From Calditrichia bacterium (GTDB lineage Bacteria; Calditrichota; Calditrichia; JAJRVZ01), in NCBI GenBank assembly GCA_963796965.1, contig CAWCNS010000016.1:128001-192000 (forward strand): DNA of 64,000 bases, read 5' to 3'. The position numbers were made by a program, and so were the translations under genes. The notes beneath the pieces were generated by a model, which had not been told where the DNA came from, ran no database searches, and was given only the letters and a program-made list of their open reading frames with translations. Each line of letters opens with the position of its first letter. The first letter of the stretch is position 1. Below are positions 52,218 through 63,591 of this stretch, in pieces.

Positions 52218-52421
52218 ATGGATTTGAAAGTACAGGTTGAAGAGGCACCGGTAAAATTCCAGGAAATTATGCAGCATATTATGCGAGGTAAAGACGTCGT
52301 TATTATGGATAAGCAAAAGGCAGTAGCGCGCATAGTACCTATCTCGTCTGATCAGGAATCACAAAAAGATGATAAATGGACAAGCGATGATTTTGATATT
52401 CAACTATCAAAGGATCTATAA
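52218..52421 (+). CDS. Phd/YefM-like antitoxin, apparently orphan
   Basis: EA..KFQEIM..IMRGKDVVIMDKQKAVARIVPI and a W.SDDFD tail. Confidence 0.6.
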   Translation: MDLKVQVEEAPVKFQEIMQHIMRGKDVVIMDKQKAVARIVPISSDQESQKDDKWTSDDFDIQLSKDL

Positions 52422-52626
52422 ATCGATTTAGATTTTTCATGGATTCTGTAACTAAATGAATATATTGATAATCTAAATGACTAATAGCTCGGATAAATAA
52501 GGTTTCATAAGTTTCGTTAATAAATTAAAAAAAGATTATATAATAATCGAGATATAATATAACACCTGTTCTGAGAATTCAGGACAGGATTATACGTTTT
52601 ATTTATTTAAGGAGGTATCATCGAAG

Positions 52627-54556
52627 ATGGAGAAACAAACATATAAATTTAAAGTCTGAAATAAAACAATTATTGGATATTCTTACACACTCTCTTTACA
52701 CAAACAAGGAAATATTTTTAAGAGAGTTGATCTCCAATGCATCAGATGCTTTGGAGAAAGTACATCTGGAAACATTGAGCGGTGAAAAGGTGTATGATGA
52801 TAAGTTGCCCTTAGAAATCGTAATTTCGATGGATGAGAAAAAAAATATTTTAACATTGACTGATACCGGTATCGGAATGACCGATAAAGAATTGATTAAG
52901 AATATCGGCACGATAGCAAAATCGGGTACAGCAGAATTTTTAAAGAAGGTATCCGGCGAAAAGGAAGAAAGTACCAGTATTATTGGTAAGTTTGGGGTCG
53001 GTTTTTATTCCGTGTTTATGGTAGCGGATCATGTAGTTATCACAAGTCGTTCTTTTCAGGAAGATGCCAAGCCGGTAAGATGGTATTCTGAAGGTGTTGG
53101 CACTTTTGAGCTTGAGATTATTGATGAGAAAATCCCCCGCGGTACAACAATTGAGATTCACCTGAAGGAGGATGACAAACAGTATACTGCAAAATGGCAA
53201 CTGGAGCAAACCATTAAAAAACATTCAAATTTTATTCCCTTCCCGATAATCATTGAAAAAGAACAGGTTAATAAAGTTCGGGCGATTTGGCGCGAACCAA
53301 AGTTCCAGATAAAAAAAGAAGAATATGAAGAGTTTTATAAATTTTTAACCTATGATAGTCAGCCTCCACTTGATACTTTGCATGTGTCTATTGATGCCCC
53401 GGTTCAATATAATAGTCTGATGTTTATTCCATCAAATAATCAGGATTTTATGATGAGCGGGGAAACTGAACGTGGATTGGATCTCTATGTTAAAAGGGTT
53501 CTGATACAGCACGAGTATAAAGAAGTATTACCTGAATATTTACGCTTTATACGGGGTGTTGTTGATTCTGAAGATATCCCACTTAATATCTCCAGAGAGA
53601 CATTGCAGGAGAATCTGGTTGTAACGAAAATAAAATCTAATCTGGTAACCCAGGTCTTATCTCATCTCAAAAAGATGGCTAAGGATGATAGCGATAAATA
53701 TGCAAAGTTTTGGAAAGAATTTAGCCGGCAGTTCAAACTGGGTTATTCTGATTTTCAGAATAAAGATAAATATGCTGAATTACTTCGTTTTAATTCTTCT
53801 TCTGTTACGAATGAAGATGATCTTGTATCCCTGGCAGATTATTCAGGTCGCCTGAAAGCAGATCAAAAAGAAATATATTATCTGTTTGCCACCAACCGTG
53901 AGGCCGTTTTGTCTAATCCGCACCTTGAGATTTTTAAGAAGAAAGAAATAGAAGTTTTATATATGTATGACCCGATCGATGAGTTTGTAATGGAAGCATT
54001 GGCCAAATATCAGGATTATGAACTTGTTTCGGTTGAAAAAGCGGATCTTGGTAAGGTAGAAAAATTTGCAGATCAAAAAGAAGAGAAACAGAAAAAATCA
54101 CTTAGTAAGGATGATGAAAAGTCCTTCGATAAGTTATTACGCAGAATAAAAGACATCTTGGGTGAGAAGGTTACCGAAGTGAAAGAATCAAAACGACTAA
54201 CCGATAGCCCCGCCTGTTTAGTCAGTCCGGACGGCACGATGACTTCCGGAATGCAGAGGATAATGCAGTTGATGAACAAGGATGATTCAATTCCTCAAAA
54301 AGTCATGGAAATTAACAAGGATCACCCTCTTGTCCGCAATCTGCTTATGATTTATAAAAATGATGTAAATGACCCGCATTTGATTCGAGTCTCTGAGCAG
54401 TTGTTTGAATCTTCTTTACTTCTTGAAGGCTATTTAAAAGATGCACATACAATGGTTAATCGAATTGAAAAATTATTAGAAACCTCTACTGAATGGTATG
54501 TAAAAGAAAAAACACCACCTGCCAAGAAGACAACAACAAAGAAAAAATCGAACTAA
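52627..54556 (+). CDS. htpG: Chaperone HtpG; indel near 52652
   Basis: RBS AGGAGG, MEKQTYKF then EIKQLLDIL..FLRELISNASDA, DTGIGM, IGKFGVGFYS and NISRETLQ. Confidence 0.97.
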
Positions 54557-54576
54557 AATTCCTCGAATCGAAGACT

Positions 54577-56157
54577 ATGCGTTTTATATTATCTTTGGGG
54601 ATCATCCTGATTACTATTACATCATGCGATGATCCTCAAAGTTCTAACAACCTTTCAGGTAATGTCCATATCCACTCACCTCTGGATGGAAGCACTGTTT
54701 CAGAAAACGTGAGGATTAACTTCACTTTTCCTGGTAGTGGTGTTGTCAAGATGGTTGAACTCTGGATAAATGATCTTCCCGATACGACAGATTTGATCCG
54801 CCCATTTAACCTTGAATGGTCAACTGCCTCCCTTGAGGATAACTTAATCTACACGTTGTTCGTCCGTGTTTATTATGCTGATAATCGTAGATTAGATAGT
54901 GAGAAAATCCATCTAACAATTGACAATTCTGACTCCTATCCGACGAAACCAAGGATCATTTCAATTCAGTATCAAAATGGAGAATTTTATCTAAGATGGG
55001 TTAGAAACGAAGATGAAGATTTTTATGCCTATTATCTTTATGAATCGCTTAACGCAGATATGTCGGGAGCTGATGTCTATGGTCCGTTTACATCCCGCCA
55101 GACGACTAGCCGAACGATACCAAATATGAAAGAGCGGGTTAGATACTATCAACTGGCTACGAGGGATATTCATGGTCTGGAACGTTTTAGCGAAATAGTA
55201 AAAGGAAATGGATTAAGTAAAATCATATTTATTTCTGACAGAAACCTGGGCCAGGATATTTATCAAATGTCAAGTGATGGAACTGATGTTATAAATCTAT
55301 CAAAATCTGATTTGTATGAACAATATGCCCAATACCTGGATGTAGTAGGTAAAATTATTTATGTTTCCGGACAGCGTGAAAATCAGGATATTTTTATAAT
55401 GTCTAAGGATGGCTCAAATCAACAGAACCTGACAGACCATTTCGGAATTGATGCGGAACCCAATGTTTCAGCAGACTATCAATCAATTGTTTTTACCACA
55501 AATCGAGGTACTAATTTCGATATTTATAGCATGGATATTTCTGGGGATAATTTGAAACGTGTCACCAGTAATTTGGCCAATGATTATACTCCTAAATTTA
55601 TTTCTGATGGTAACCGGATTGTATTTGCTACAGACAGGAATGGTCAGGAGGATATTTATACGATAGAGGCTGATGGAAGCGCAGAAAAGCGCATCACATT
55701 CAGCTCGGCTGATGACAGACAACCTATGATTTTTCCAGATGGAAATAAAATAATATTTGTTTCCAATCGGGATGGTAACGATAATTTATATACGATGAAT
55801 CTTGATGGAAGTGACCCGCGACGATTAACCTCGTTACCTGGAGATGAGGTCAACCCCTGTTTTTCAAAGGATGGGAGAGAAATTTTATTTCAGCATATTG
55901 AAAATAACAAAAGCCAGATCTATTTGATGTCCTTTGACGGTTCACAGCAGGTAAATATTACACCTAATTCTGAAACTGAAGAAAATCCCATGTTTTCTAC
56001 AGACAATTCCCATATATACTTTCAATCTCACAGAGATGGAAATAAAGAAATCTACAGCATAAATAGAGATGGTACCCAGTTATTAAATCTGACTAATAAT
56101 CCTGCAGAAGATTTTCTACCAGATCAGTTTAATCCTCGTCCACTGGTTTCTGACTAA
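54577..56157 (+). CDS. Lipoprotein with Ig/FN3-like domains and TolB-like (PD40) beta-propeller
   Basis: Lipobox ITSC and many P.F..DG..I.F.S.RDG..IY.M..DG repeats. Confidence 0.85.
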   Translation: MRFILSLGIILITITSCDDPQSSNNLSGNVHIHSPLDGSTVSENVRINFTFPGSGVVKMVELWINDLPDTTDLIRPFNLEWSTASLEDNLIYTLFVRVYYADNRRLDSEKIHLTIDNSDSYPTKPRIISIQYQNGEFYLRWVRNEDEDFYAYYLYESLNADMSGADVYGPFTSRQTTSRTIPNMKERVRYYQLATRDIHGLERFSEIVKGNGLSKIIFISDRNLGQDIYQMSSDGTDVINLSKSDLYEQYAQYLDVVGKIIYVSGQRENQDIFIMSKDGSNQQNLTDHFGIDAEPNVSADYQSIVFTTNRGTNFDIYSMDISGDNLKRVTSNLANDYTPKFISDGNRIVFATDRNGQEDIYTIEADGSAEKRITFSSADDRQPMIFPDGNKIIFVSNRDGNDNLYTMNLDGSDPRRLTSLPGDEVNPCFSKDGREILFQHIENNKSQIYLMSFDGSQQVNITPNSETEENPMFSTDNSHIYFQSHRDGNKEIYSINRDGTQLLNLTNNPAEDFLPDQFNPRPLVSD

Positions 56158-56219
56158 TTCAACTGGTAAGAAATTCTGGTGGTTTTCGTTTTAACTGATA
56201 AAAGTTGAGAGAATTGATC

Positions 56220-56804
56220 TTACCGCAGAATTTCCCGATATATTCGCCATAGTTTTTCTACTTCATTCTGTCCTTCAGATCCATAAGAACTCATGATAAA
56301 AATCGGTTGCCTGGGAAGTATCACCGAATTCCGTATCCAGGGCTCGGTATCTGCTTTCTTCTGAAAAATAAATCCATCAACGACCCGCAAGCCAAACTGT
56401 TGTAGCCAAAGATTTCTTTGTGCCCATATGTCTTCTCCACCATGGTTACCGATAATTTTTACTTCCTCACCAACTATACGTCGTAGCCAGCGGAAGTTTA
56501 AGGGGAGACTCAATTTTTCTATCTGAACCAGATCAGGTTTAAAATCTGCTAATAGTTCAAATGAAGCAACAGGTTCCTGCCACCAGCGCAGGGTCGGGTC
56601 ATAACCGTCCCGGGTAAAATAATAGGTTATATTGTTTTGGGTAAAAGTTTCGTTAAAATCGGCTCTTTGAGTAATGATAATAGAAATATTTGATTTTTGA
56701 ATGAGATGTACAAAGTGCTCATGGCGATTTTGGCAAAGTTTAAGGTATCCAGATGGCGTTTTAAAATCATGAGGTTGATCAAGATATAGAAAGGCAAGTT
56801 TCAT
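56220..56804 (-). CDS. Hypothetical protein resembling a GT4 glycosyltransferase N-terminal half
   Basis: FKPDLVQI..IIGNHG..VDGFIF pattern; lies downstream of pyk on the same strand. Confidence 0.55.
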   Translation of the reverse strand: MKLAFLYLDQPHDFKTPSGYLKLCQNRHEHFVHLIQKSNISIIITQRADFNETFTQNNITYYFTRDGYDPTLRWWQEPVASFELLADFKPDLVQIEKLSLPLNFRWLRRIVGEEVKIIGNHGGEDIWAQRNLWLQQFGLRVVDGFIFQKKADTEPWIRNSVILPRQPIFIMSSYGSEGQNEVEKLWRIYREILR

Positions 56805-56827
56805 TGGATTAACCCTCAGGATTATTT

Positions 56828-58268
56828 TTAAATTTCTTCAATTCGAAGCATATTGGTACCACGTCGAGAATTAAAGGGCATACCGGCGGTTATAATGATT
56901 TTATCACCTTTTTTTAGGATTAGTTTGCTTTTTATCAGAGATAGTATTTCATTAATGGCATCATCGAAGTTGTCACCAAACTCGCGAATTTTATAGGGCA
57001 ATATTCCCCAAACCAGATTCAATCGCCTCAAACTTCTATCAGTATGGGTTGCAGCTATTAAGGCTTGCCGGGGTCGAAAATGGGATATCATTCGTGCTGT
57101 TGACCCTGTTTGGGTTAAACAGACGATCATAGCGGCATCGATCCAATCTGCAGCCTTACAAGCACTAAATCCGACAGTCGAGGAAATGTCAGTTTTTCCG
57201 TAATCATATCTTTCTCGTAGTCCTATTCTTTCAACGGGATTTTTCTCTTCTATTAAACTGACTATTTTTTGCATGGTTTTTACAGTGGTAACAGGGTAGT
57301 CACCAATGGCGGTTTCACCGGAAAGCATAACAGCATCCGAACCATCCAAAATAGCATTTGCAACATCTGAGGCTTCAGCGCGTGTTGGGCGTGGATTATG
57401 GATCATAGAATCCAACATCTGTGTGGCGGTAATAACAGGTACCCCTTTTCGATTACAAAGGGAAATAATACGTTTCTGGATCGGTGGTACTTCTTCTGCA
57501 CTTACCTCCACACCCAAATCTCCGCGGGCAACCATTACCACATCCGCTACATCTGTGATCGCCTCGATGTCATCTACTGCCTGCGGCTTTTCAATTTTTG
57601 CGATCACTGGCGTATCTTTCCCTGCATTTTTAATAATTTTTTTCAGATCTATAATGTCCTCGGGTTTTTGAACGAAAGATAAGGCAATGTAGTCAATATC
57701 CATTTCCAGACCGAAATGCAAATCCTCTTTATCTTTTTTGGTAAGCGCTTTTACGGAAAGAATGCTACCTGGTAAATTTAATCCCTTGTGATTTGAAAGG
57801 CGTCCTCCGTAAATTACCTTGCAAATCACATCTTTTTCTTTTATACGCTTAACCTTTAATTGAATCAAACCATCATCTAATAAAACAGTATCCCCGACCT
57901 TTACATCACCTGAAAATCCGTGATAAGAAACCGATACGATTGAATTATCTCCACTTACAGTCCGGGTAGTGAGTGTAAAAATATTACCTGGTTCAAGGGT
58001 GACAAACCCAGCCTCAAAAGTTTGCACACGAATTTTGGGGCCCTGTAAATCCTGCAAGATGCTTATAGGTTTATTAATCTCTACGAGACACACGACGGAT
58101 ACTTTTGATGACTTTTTTATGTTCCTCATGAGATCCATGTGAAAAATTTAGTCTTGCAACATCCATCCCTGCTAGAGCAAGTGACTTAATTTTATCTTCT
58201 GTGTTTGAACTGGGACCAAGGGTACAAATAATTTTAGATTTTCGTTTAGGTAGTATTCTCTTTGCCAT
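56828..58268 (-). CDS. pyk: Pyruvate kinase; frameshifted near 58085
   Basis: KIICTLGPS, ARLNFSHG, DLQGPKIR, IAKIE, MVARGDLG and TATQML..PTRAE motifs. Confidence 0.97.
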
Positions 58269-58435
58269 TCGTATTCCTGAGAATTAATTTATTTAATAAT
58301 CCAAAAGTACTGTATCATAAAAAGAATAGCAAGGGGTATTGAACATGATGAAGCCATGAAAATAAGCTGGTTGCAGTAGTCTCACAGAAAGTTTAATTTA
58401 TATGTTCAGATCAGATAAAATTACCACCCTCTCTT

Positions 58436-58640
58436 TCCCCCTCCTTACTAAGGAGGGGGACTATGGGGGAGGTTATTCAGAGATTTTCTCATTTCATTGT
58501 GATCGTAGCTTGCCCCCGCCAGAGGCGGGTGGTGTCTTTTCCCGACAAAAGTCGGGATGGAGGATTTCATCCCGATATACTTACATGATGATGGCATAAT
58601 ATCGGGTCTTAGTGAACTTTTGCCATAGGCATCCCTATGG
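58436..58640. repeat. Cluster of five short GC-rich palindromes
   Basis: 58436-60, 58515-29, 58540-57, 58571-606 and 58623-40. Confidence 0.75.
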
Positions 58641-58714
58641 GAGTGGTAAATCTTTTATTTTTTTTCAAATCTGAACAGCCAGAGACATCGTGCTCATGAA
58701 TTTTTTAGGTAAAG

Positions 58715-60055
58715 ATGAGTTTTAAATTCAAAAAAGAAGTATTGGAAACATCAAAACTGGCCTATCCTGTCATCATTGGTCAGCTAGGTCATATGATGAT
58801 GGGGATTGTTGACAGTATTATGGTTGGCCAAATTGGGGCAGCACCTCTGGCAGCATCATCCATTGCTCATGGTATGTTTATGGTTTTTATGATTTTTGGT
58901 ATTGGTGTTTCCATGGCAATCTCCCCTTTGACCGCCATGTCCCGTGGGGCCCAAAATTATAGAGAATGTGGTGTCGTCTATCGTCAGGGACTTCTGGTTA
59001 ATCTCGTGGTTGGAATTGTGCTCACAATTCTAACTATTGTTGGTGCAGATCTGATAAATTATCTTAATCAGCCAGTTGAAATCGTTGAGCAAGGGATTGC
59101 CTATATGGAGATCCTGGCATATTCTGTAATCCCGGTTATGATATTTCAGACCAATAAGCAATTCACTGAGGGTCTGTCAATTATGAGGCCGGCGATGGTA
59201 ATTACCTTGTTGGCCAATATTGTAAATATTTTTGCAAATTGGGTATTTATTTATGGTAATCTGGGTGCTCCTGCCATGGGATTACCCGGAGCAGGGTGGG
59301 CAACCTTTAGTACAAGAACTCTCATGGGCGTGGTGTTCTTGGTTTATGTGCTTTTATCTGAACGATTCCGACCATTTGATGCAACCCTACATTTCCGGCG
59401 AATCAATTTATCAATGATCAAAAAGATATTAAAAATTGGTATACCGGGTGGAATGCAGTACTTTTTTGAAGTCGGCGCCTTTGTCGGTTCTGCAATCATT
59501 ATTGGTTGGTTGGGGACTAAGGAACTCGCTGCCCATCAGATTGCAATTAATCTCGCTTCCATATCATTTATGTGTGCATTGGGTATTTCTGCAGCTGCCG
59601 GCATTAGGGTTGGTTATACTGTGGGACGAAAGGATCAACAAGGCACAAGACATGCAGGATTTGTAGCATTTATCTTAGCCGGAATTATAATGGGTGTCTT
59701 TGGAATTGTTTTTATCCTGTTTCGTACTCTTTTACCTACCTTCTATATCGATGATTCTGAGGTTGTCCAGATCGCTTCATCGCTACTGATTATTGCAGCA
59801 TTGTTTCAACTTTCCGATGGTACCCAGGCAGTCGGGATTGGTGTCCTAAGAGGAATTGCTGATGCAAAAATCCCAATGATCATTACTTTTATTGCCTATT
59901 GGATAATTGGTTTGCCTGGCGGATATTATCTTGGATTTACCCTGGGATATGGTGTACAGGGTATTTGGTTCAGTCTCTTTATCGCTTTGACGGTCTCAGC
60001 AGTCTTACTTACAATTCGATTCAATCTTAAGAGTAAACAGGAGATCCGGTTTTGA
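58715..60055 (+). CDS. MATE efflux transporter, NorM-like
   Basis: PVIIGQL..VDSIMVG, FFEV.AF, LAAHQIA.N and FQLSDG.Q motifs. Confidence 0.93.
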   Translation: MSFKFKKEVLETSKLAYPVIIGQLGHMMMGIVDSIMVGQIGAAPLAASSIAHGMFMVFMIFGIGVSMAISPLTAMSRGAQNYRECGVVYRQGLLVNLVVGIVLTILTIVGADLINYLNQPVEIVEQGIAYMEILAYSVIPVMIFQTNKQFTEGLSIMRPAMVITLLANIVNIFANWVFIYGNLGAPAMGLPGAGWATFSTRTLMGVVFLVYVLLSERFRPFDATLHFRRINLSMIKKILKIGIPGGMQYFFEVGAFVGSAIIIGWLGTKELAAHQIAINLASISFMCALGISAAAGIRVGYTVGRKDQQGTRHAGFVAFILAGIIMGVFGIVFILFRTLLPTFYIDDSEVVQIASSLLIIAALFQLSDGTQAVGIGVLRGIADAKIPMIITFIAYWIIGLPGGYYLGFTLGYGVQGIWFSLFIALTVSAVLLTIRFNLKSKQEIRF

Positions 60056-60215
60056 TGCTTAATGTTGGATTCTGGGTACTCGGTGCTCGATAATTTGCTC
60101 TGGTTGGCAACGCGTATTTCGAAAGTGATGGATCATCACAAATCTCAAAAAAGGATTTGAGGTGTAACAGAATGGGGTACAACTTTTACCCAGTTCCCAG
60201 TTCACAATACCCAGA

Positions 60216-60629
60216 TCAGCAATTCTCATCAAATGCCTGAGTAAGATCAGCAGCAATCTCTTCAGGTGTTCTTCCTTCAATCCGATGCCGCGGGATAAAA
60301 TTGACAAGAGATCCATCTTTAAATAATGCAAAAGAAGGGGAAGATGGGGGATAATCTGAGATATATGTCCTGGCCTTGGCTGTAGCCTCTTTGTCCTGAC
60401 CGGCAAATACAGTGCTCAGATTGTCAGGCAATTTATCATTTTCAAGAGCAAGCCTGACAGCTGGTCGTGCGTTGCCGGCAGCACATCCACATACTGAATT
60501 TATCACTAAAAGAGTAGATCCCTTCTGTTGTGATAATAATTCCTCTACTTCTTCCGGGGTGCGTAATTCCTCCACACCTAGTCGAGTTAAATCTTCACGC
60601 ATTGGTAAAACCATTAAATCTGGATACAT
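60216..60629 (-). CDS. BrxA/BrxB bacilliredoxin
   Basis: MYP..V.PMR.DLT, NSVCGCAAG.ARP, VFAGQD and PPSSPS motifs; start at ATG 60629. Confidence 0.94.
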   Translation of the reverse strand: MYPDLMVLPMREDLTRLGVEELRTPEEVEELLSQQKGSTLLVINSVCGCAAGNARPAVRLALENDKLPDNLSTVFAGQDKEATAKARTYISDYPPSSPSFALFKDGSLVNFIPRHRIEGRTPEEIAADLTQAFDENC

Positions 60630-60987
60630 AATATACTCCATTGATAAATATTTATATAAAATCTCACTACTAAGATTGAATACAGTGAAAAAAGGTGGAA
60701 TCAATTTGTGAGATTTGTGTTGTTTATTTCTAAGTATCAACTATTGAGAGGGAAATTGTATTCCTGGCAGGAGAAAATAAAAATTGGCAATTATCGATTG
60801 TCAATGGATATTTGAATACCAGTCCTTCTCTTGTCATCCCGTCCCGGAACGGGATCGCGTCTCGGGAAAGGAATCTTCGGGAAGGGTGAGTTCTTTAAAT
60901 CTAATCTAACTGTTGGGGTACTAATAAAATCATTTCATATTCCAGTATTTGTAACAACAAAGCTAAATCTTAACCGGGCACTTGAGA

Positions 60988-61971
60988 TTACCAGTAATAA
61001 TGAACGGCTGCTTTAACAGCTTCAACCAGACTGGTCTCGCTGGCAATATTTTTTCCGGCAATGTCAAATGCCGTACCGTGGTCAACAGATGTGCGTAAAA
61101 AGGGCAAACCCATGGTAAGTGAAACAGTATGATGAAAATCATAGGTTTTTGTAGCTATATGTCCCTGATCATGATAAAGTGACAGGACTGCGTCAAAATG
61201 GCCTTCACCTGCAAGATGAAATACTGAATCACCGGGAATTGGACCTGCCACATCCAACCCTTTTTTCTGAGCTTGCTGAACAGCCGGTCCTAATATTTCC
61301 ATCTCTTCTGTACCAAACAGACCTTCCTCACCACCATGCGGGTTTAGTGCAGCCAGAGCTAATTTGGGGTTGTTGATACCAATTTTTTTCATATGAATGT
61401 CGCAATCGGCCAAGGTGTCCACAAGTTTTTGAATATCCAGAGAGGCACTAATATCCTTGAATGCAATATGTCGTGAGTAGAAAAACACCCTCATTTCACG
61501 GGTTACAAAGAGTGTCATCGTGCGGTTACTATCGGTTAATTTAGTTAATATTTCTGTATGATCCAGAAAGGGAACAGCAGCAGCTTTTAATGATTTTTTA
61601 TTGATTGGTGCCGTGACAATACCATTTATCTGTTTATTCATCGAGAGTTCAATTGCTTTTGCTAAATAATCAAAACTATGTTGCCCACCTGCAGCTGTAA
61701 CATGACCAAATTTATGATCAAATGATACGGGATTGATATCTAAACAGGCGATTCCCTCAGGTAGGGTATTTGGAATATCATTTTCGTTTATAGTTTGGAT
61801 GTTGAGATTCAAGCCAATCTGCTGGGCAGTTTTTTCTAAAATTACTTTGGAACCAACGATAACCATCTGACATTCTTTATATAATTCAGGATAATTAGCT
61901 ACTGATTTCAAAACGATTTCGGGTCCGACACCACAGGGATCACCGATAGTGATAGCAAATACAGGTTTCAT
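60988..61971 (-). CDS. pdxA: 4-hydroxythreonine-4-phosphate dehydrogenase family (PdxA/PdxA2)
   Basis: GDPCGVGPE, TAPINK, LNPHGGE, YHDQG and RTSVDHGTAFDIAG motifs. Confidence 0.93.
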   Translation of the reverse strand: MKPVFAITIGDPCGVGPEIVLKSVANYPELYKECQMVIVGSKVILEKTAQQIGLNLNIQTINENDIPNTLPEGIACLDINPVSFDHKFGHVTAAGGQHSFDYLAKAIELSMNKQINGIVTAPINKKSLKAAAVPFLDHTEILTKLTDSNRTMTLFVTREMRVFFYSRHIAFKDISASLDIQKLVDTLADCDIHMKKIGINNPKLALAALNPHGGEEGLFGTEEMEILGPAVQQAQKKGLDVAGPIPGDSVFHLAGEGHFDAVLSLYHDQGHIATKTYDFHHTVSLTMGLPFLRTSVDHGTAFDIAGKNIASETSLVEAVKAAVHYYW

Positions 61972-62393
61972 TTTATTCTATTCTCCTAAACTTTTGTATT
62001 ATATGGGTTTGCCTATTTTGAGATTTCAGAATGATATTAACATATTTTAACTTTACCAGAAAAGATCATCTGGGATAAATCATATGTTAAGGAGAGTTCC
62101 AATAATTGTCAATGCTGAATTAAATACAGATTTTTTTTCTTACTCACAATTTGATATATTTGTTATTCTTGAGATAAAATGAGTTCATATTTTTCCCACT
62201 ACCTAAAAGGTGTGAGGCAAGATTTACTCATCTCTTTCAAGTAAAAGTCAAAAATGCCTATCGGTGGGCGATTCCGTCCGGGGAATGAGATTATTTAGTT
62301 AGACTATCACTCTATTTTATTAAACCAGACTTTTGTAATAAATATAAATATCAAAAGAGACTGTTTATTGGTCTATTTATTTGGAAAGGAATT

Positions 62394-63365
62394 ATGTTAG
62401 GCGATATCTTTTTGTTTTTGATAGGGTTAGTTCTTCTATATTTTGGTGCTGAATTACTGGTCCGAGGATCATCACGGCTGGCATTATTAGCCCGAATCAG
62501 ACCAATGGTTATCGGATTGACAGTTGTCGCTTTCGGAACATCCTTCCCGGAATTTGTTACAAGTCTTGTGGCTGCCTTGCAGGACAAAGTTGATGTAGCA
62601 GTTGGTAATATTATAGGAAGTAATATTGCGAATATATGTTTGATTCTTGGGGTAAGCGGACTCCTTCGTCCCATTCTTGTAGAACCTGGTACGGTCAAAA
62701 AGGAAATATTCTGGCTTTTGGGTGCTACTGTTCTCTTTATGCTGTTTAGTTTTGGTGGATATATAAACAGAGTTGAAGGAATTATCTTAATTGCGGGGGT
62801 AATTGTATTTACAGCGCTCCTTATTCGTACCAGTGCAAAAGAAAGAAAAAATAATAAAGATGATGAGAGTTTTACTTCAGAGCCGTCAAGATTAAAAAAT
62901 ATGTCTATTCCTCTTCGTTTTGGTTTATATTCAATCATGACCATTGCAGGAATTGCAGTTCTGGTATACGGGTCTGAGTGGCTTATTATTTCAGCTACAA
63001 ATATCGCCCGTAAACTGGGTGTGAGTGAAATTATTATTGGTTTATCTCTTGTTGCCTTTGGCACTTCTTTACCCGAACTGGCTACCGCTGTGATAAGTAT
63101 TCTTAGAAAAGAGAATGAGATATTAATTGGTAATATTGTGGGCAGCAATATTTTTAACCTCTTGTTTGTCGGAGGAATGCTTTCAACCTTTTTTCAAGTT
63201 CCAATAAACAACCGTGTTATCTCATTTGATTTGCCAGTGATGTTGATTATCAGTCTTCTGTTAATTCCAATAGTCTTTTGGCGTAAGGCAATTTCAAGAT
63301 TGAGTGGGGGAATATTATTATCGGTTTATTTAATCTATATCGCTTATATATTTGTTAATCAATAA
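62394..63365 (+). CDS. Ca2+/Na+ antiporter (YrbG/CaCA family)
   Basis: Two alpha repeats, AFGTSFPE..GNIIGSN and AFGTSLPE..GNIVGSN. Confidence 0.94.
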   Translation: MLGDIFLFLIGLVLLYFGAELLVRGSSRLALLARIRPMVIGLTVVAFGTSFPEFVTSLVAALQDKVDVAVGNIIGSNIANICLILGVSGLLRPILVEPGTVKKEIFWLLGATVLFMLFSFGGYINRVEGIILIAGVIVFTALLIRTSAKERKNNKDDESFTSEPSRLKNMSIPLRFGLYSIMTIAGIAVLVYGSEWLIISATNIARKLGVSEIIIGLSLVAFGTSLPELATAVISILRKENEILIGNIVGSNIFNLLFVGGMLSTFFQVPINNRVISFDLPVMLIISLLLIPIVFWRKAISRLSGGILLSVYLIYIAYIFVNQ

Positions 63366-63591
63366 GCCTCTTATAAACCTGGAAATTATCCTATTATTTA
63401 TCTTTTATATTCGTACCCAATTTTTGTAAGACGTCCAGGCAAAAGAATTACCTATATTCAAAGATCGGAGTCTCGGAAAGACCTTGACAACCAATAGACC
63501 AACTGATAAATTATTTTTCTGATCCGAAAAATGTATTTAGGCGAGCCATGAGTTGACCATTGCAGGTAGGGTAAATATTGTTTGTAAGGAA

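Noticed and set aside
62351..63148. 265-aa minus-strand ORF
   Set aside because: It is the antisense shadow of the well-supported antiporter. The same applies to the many short ORFs nested in annotated genes.
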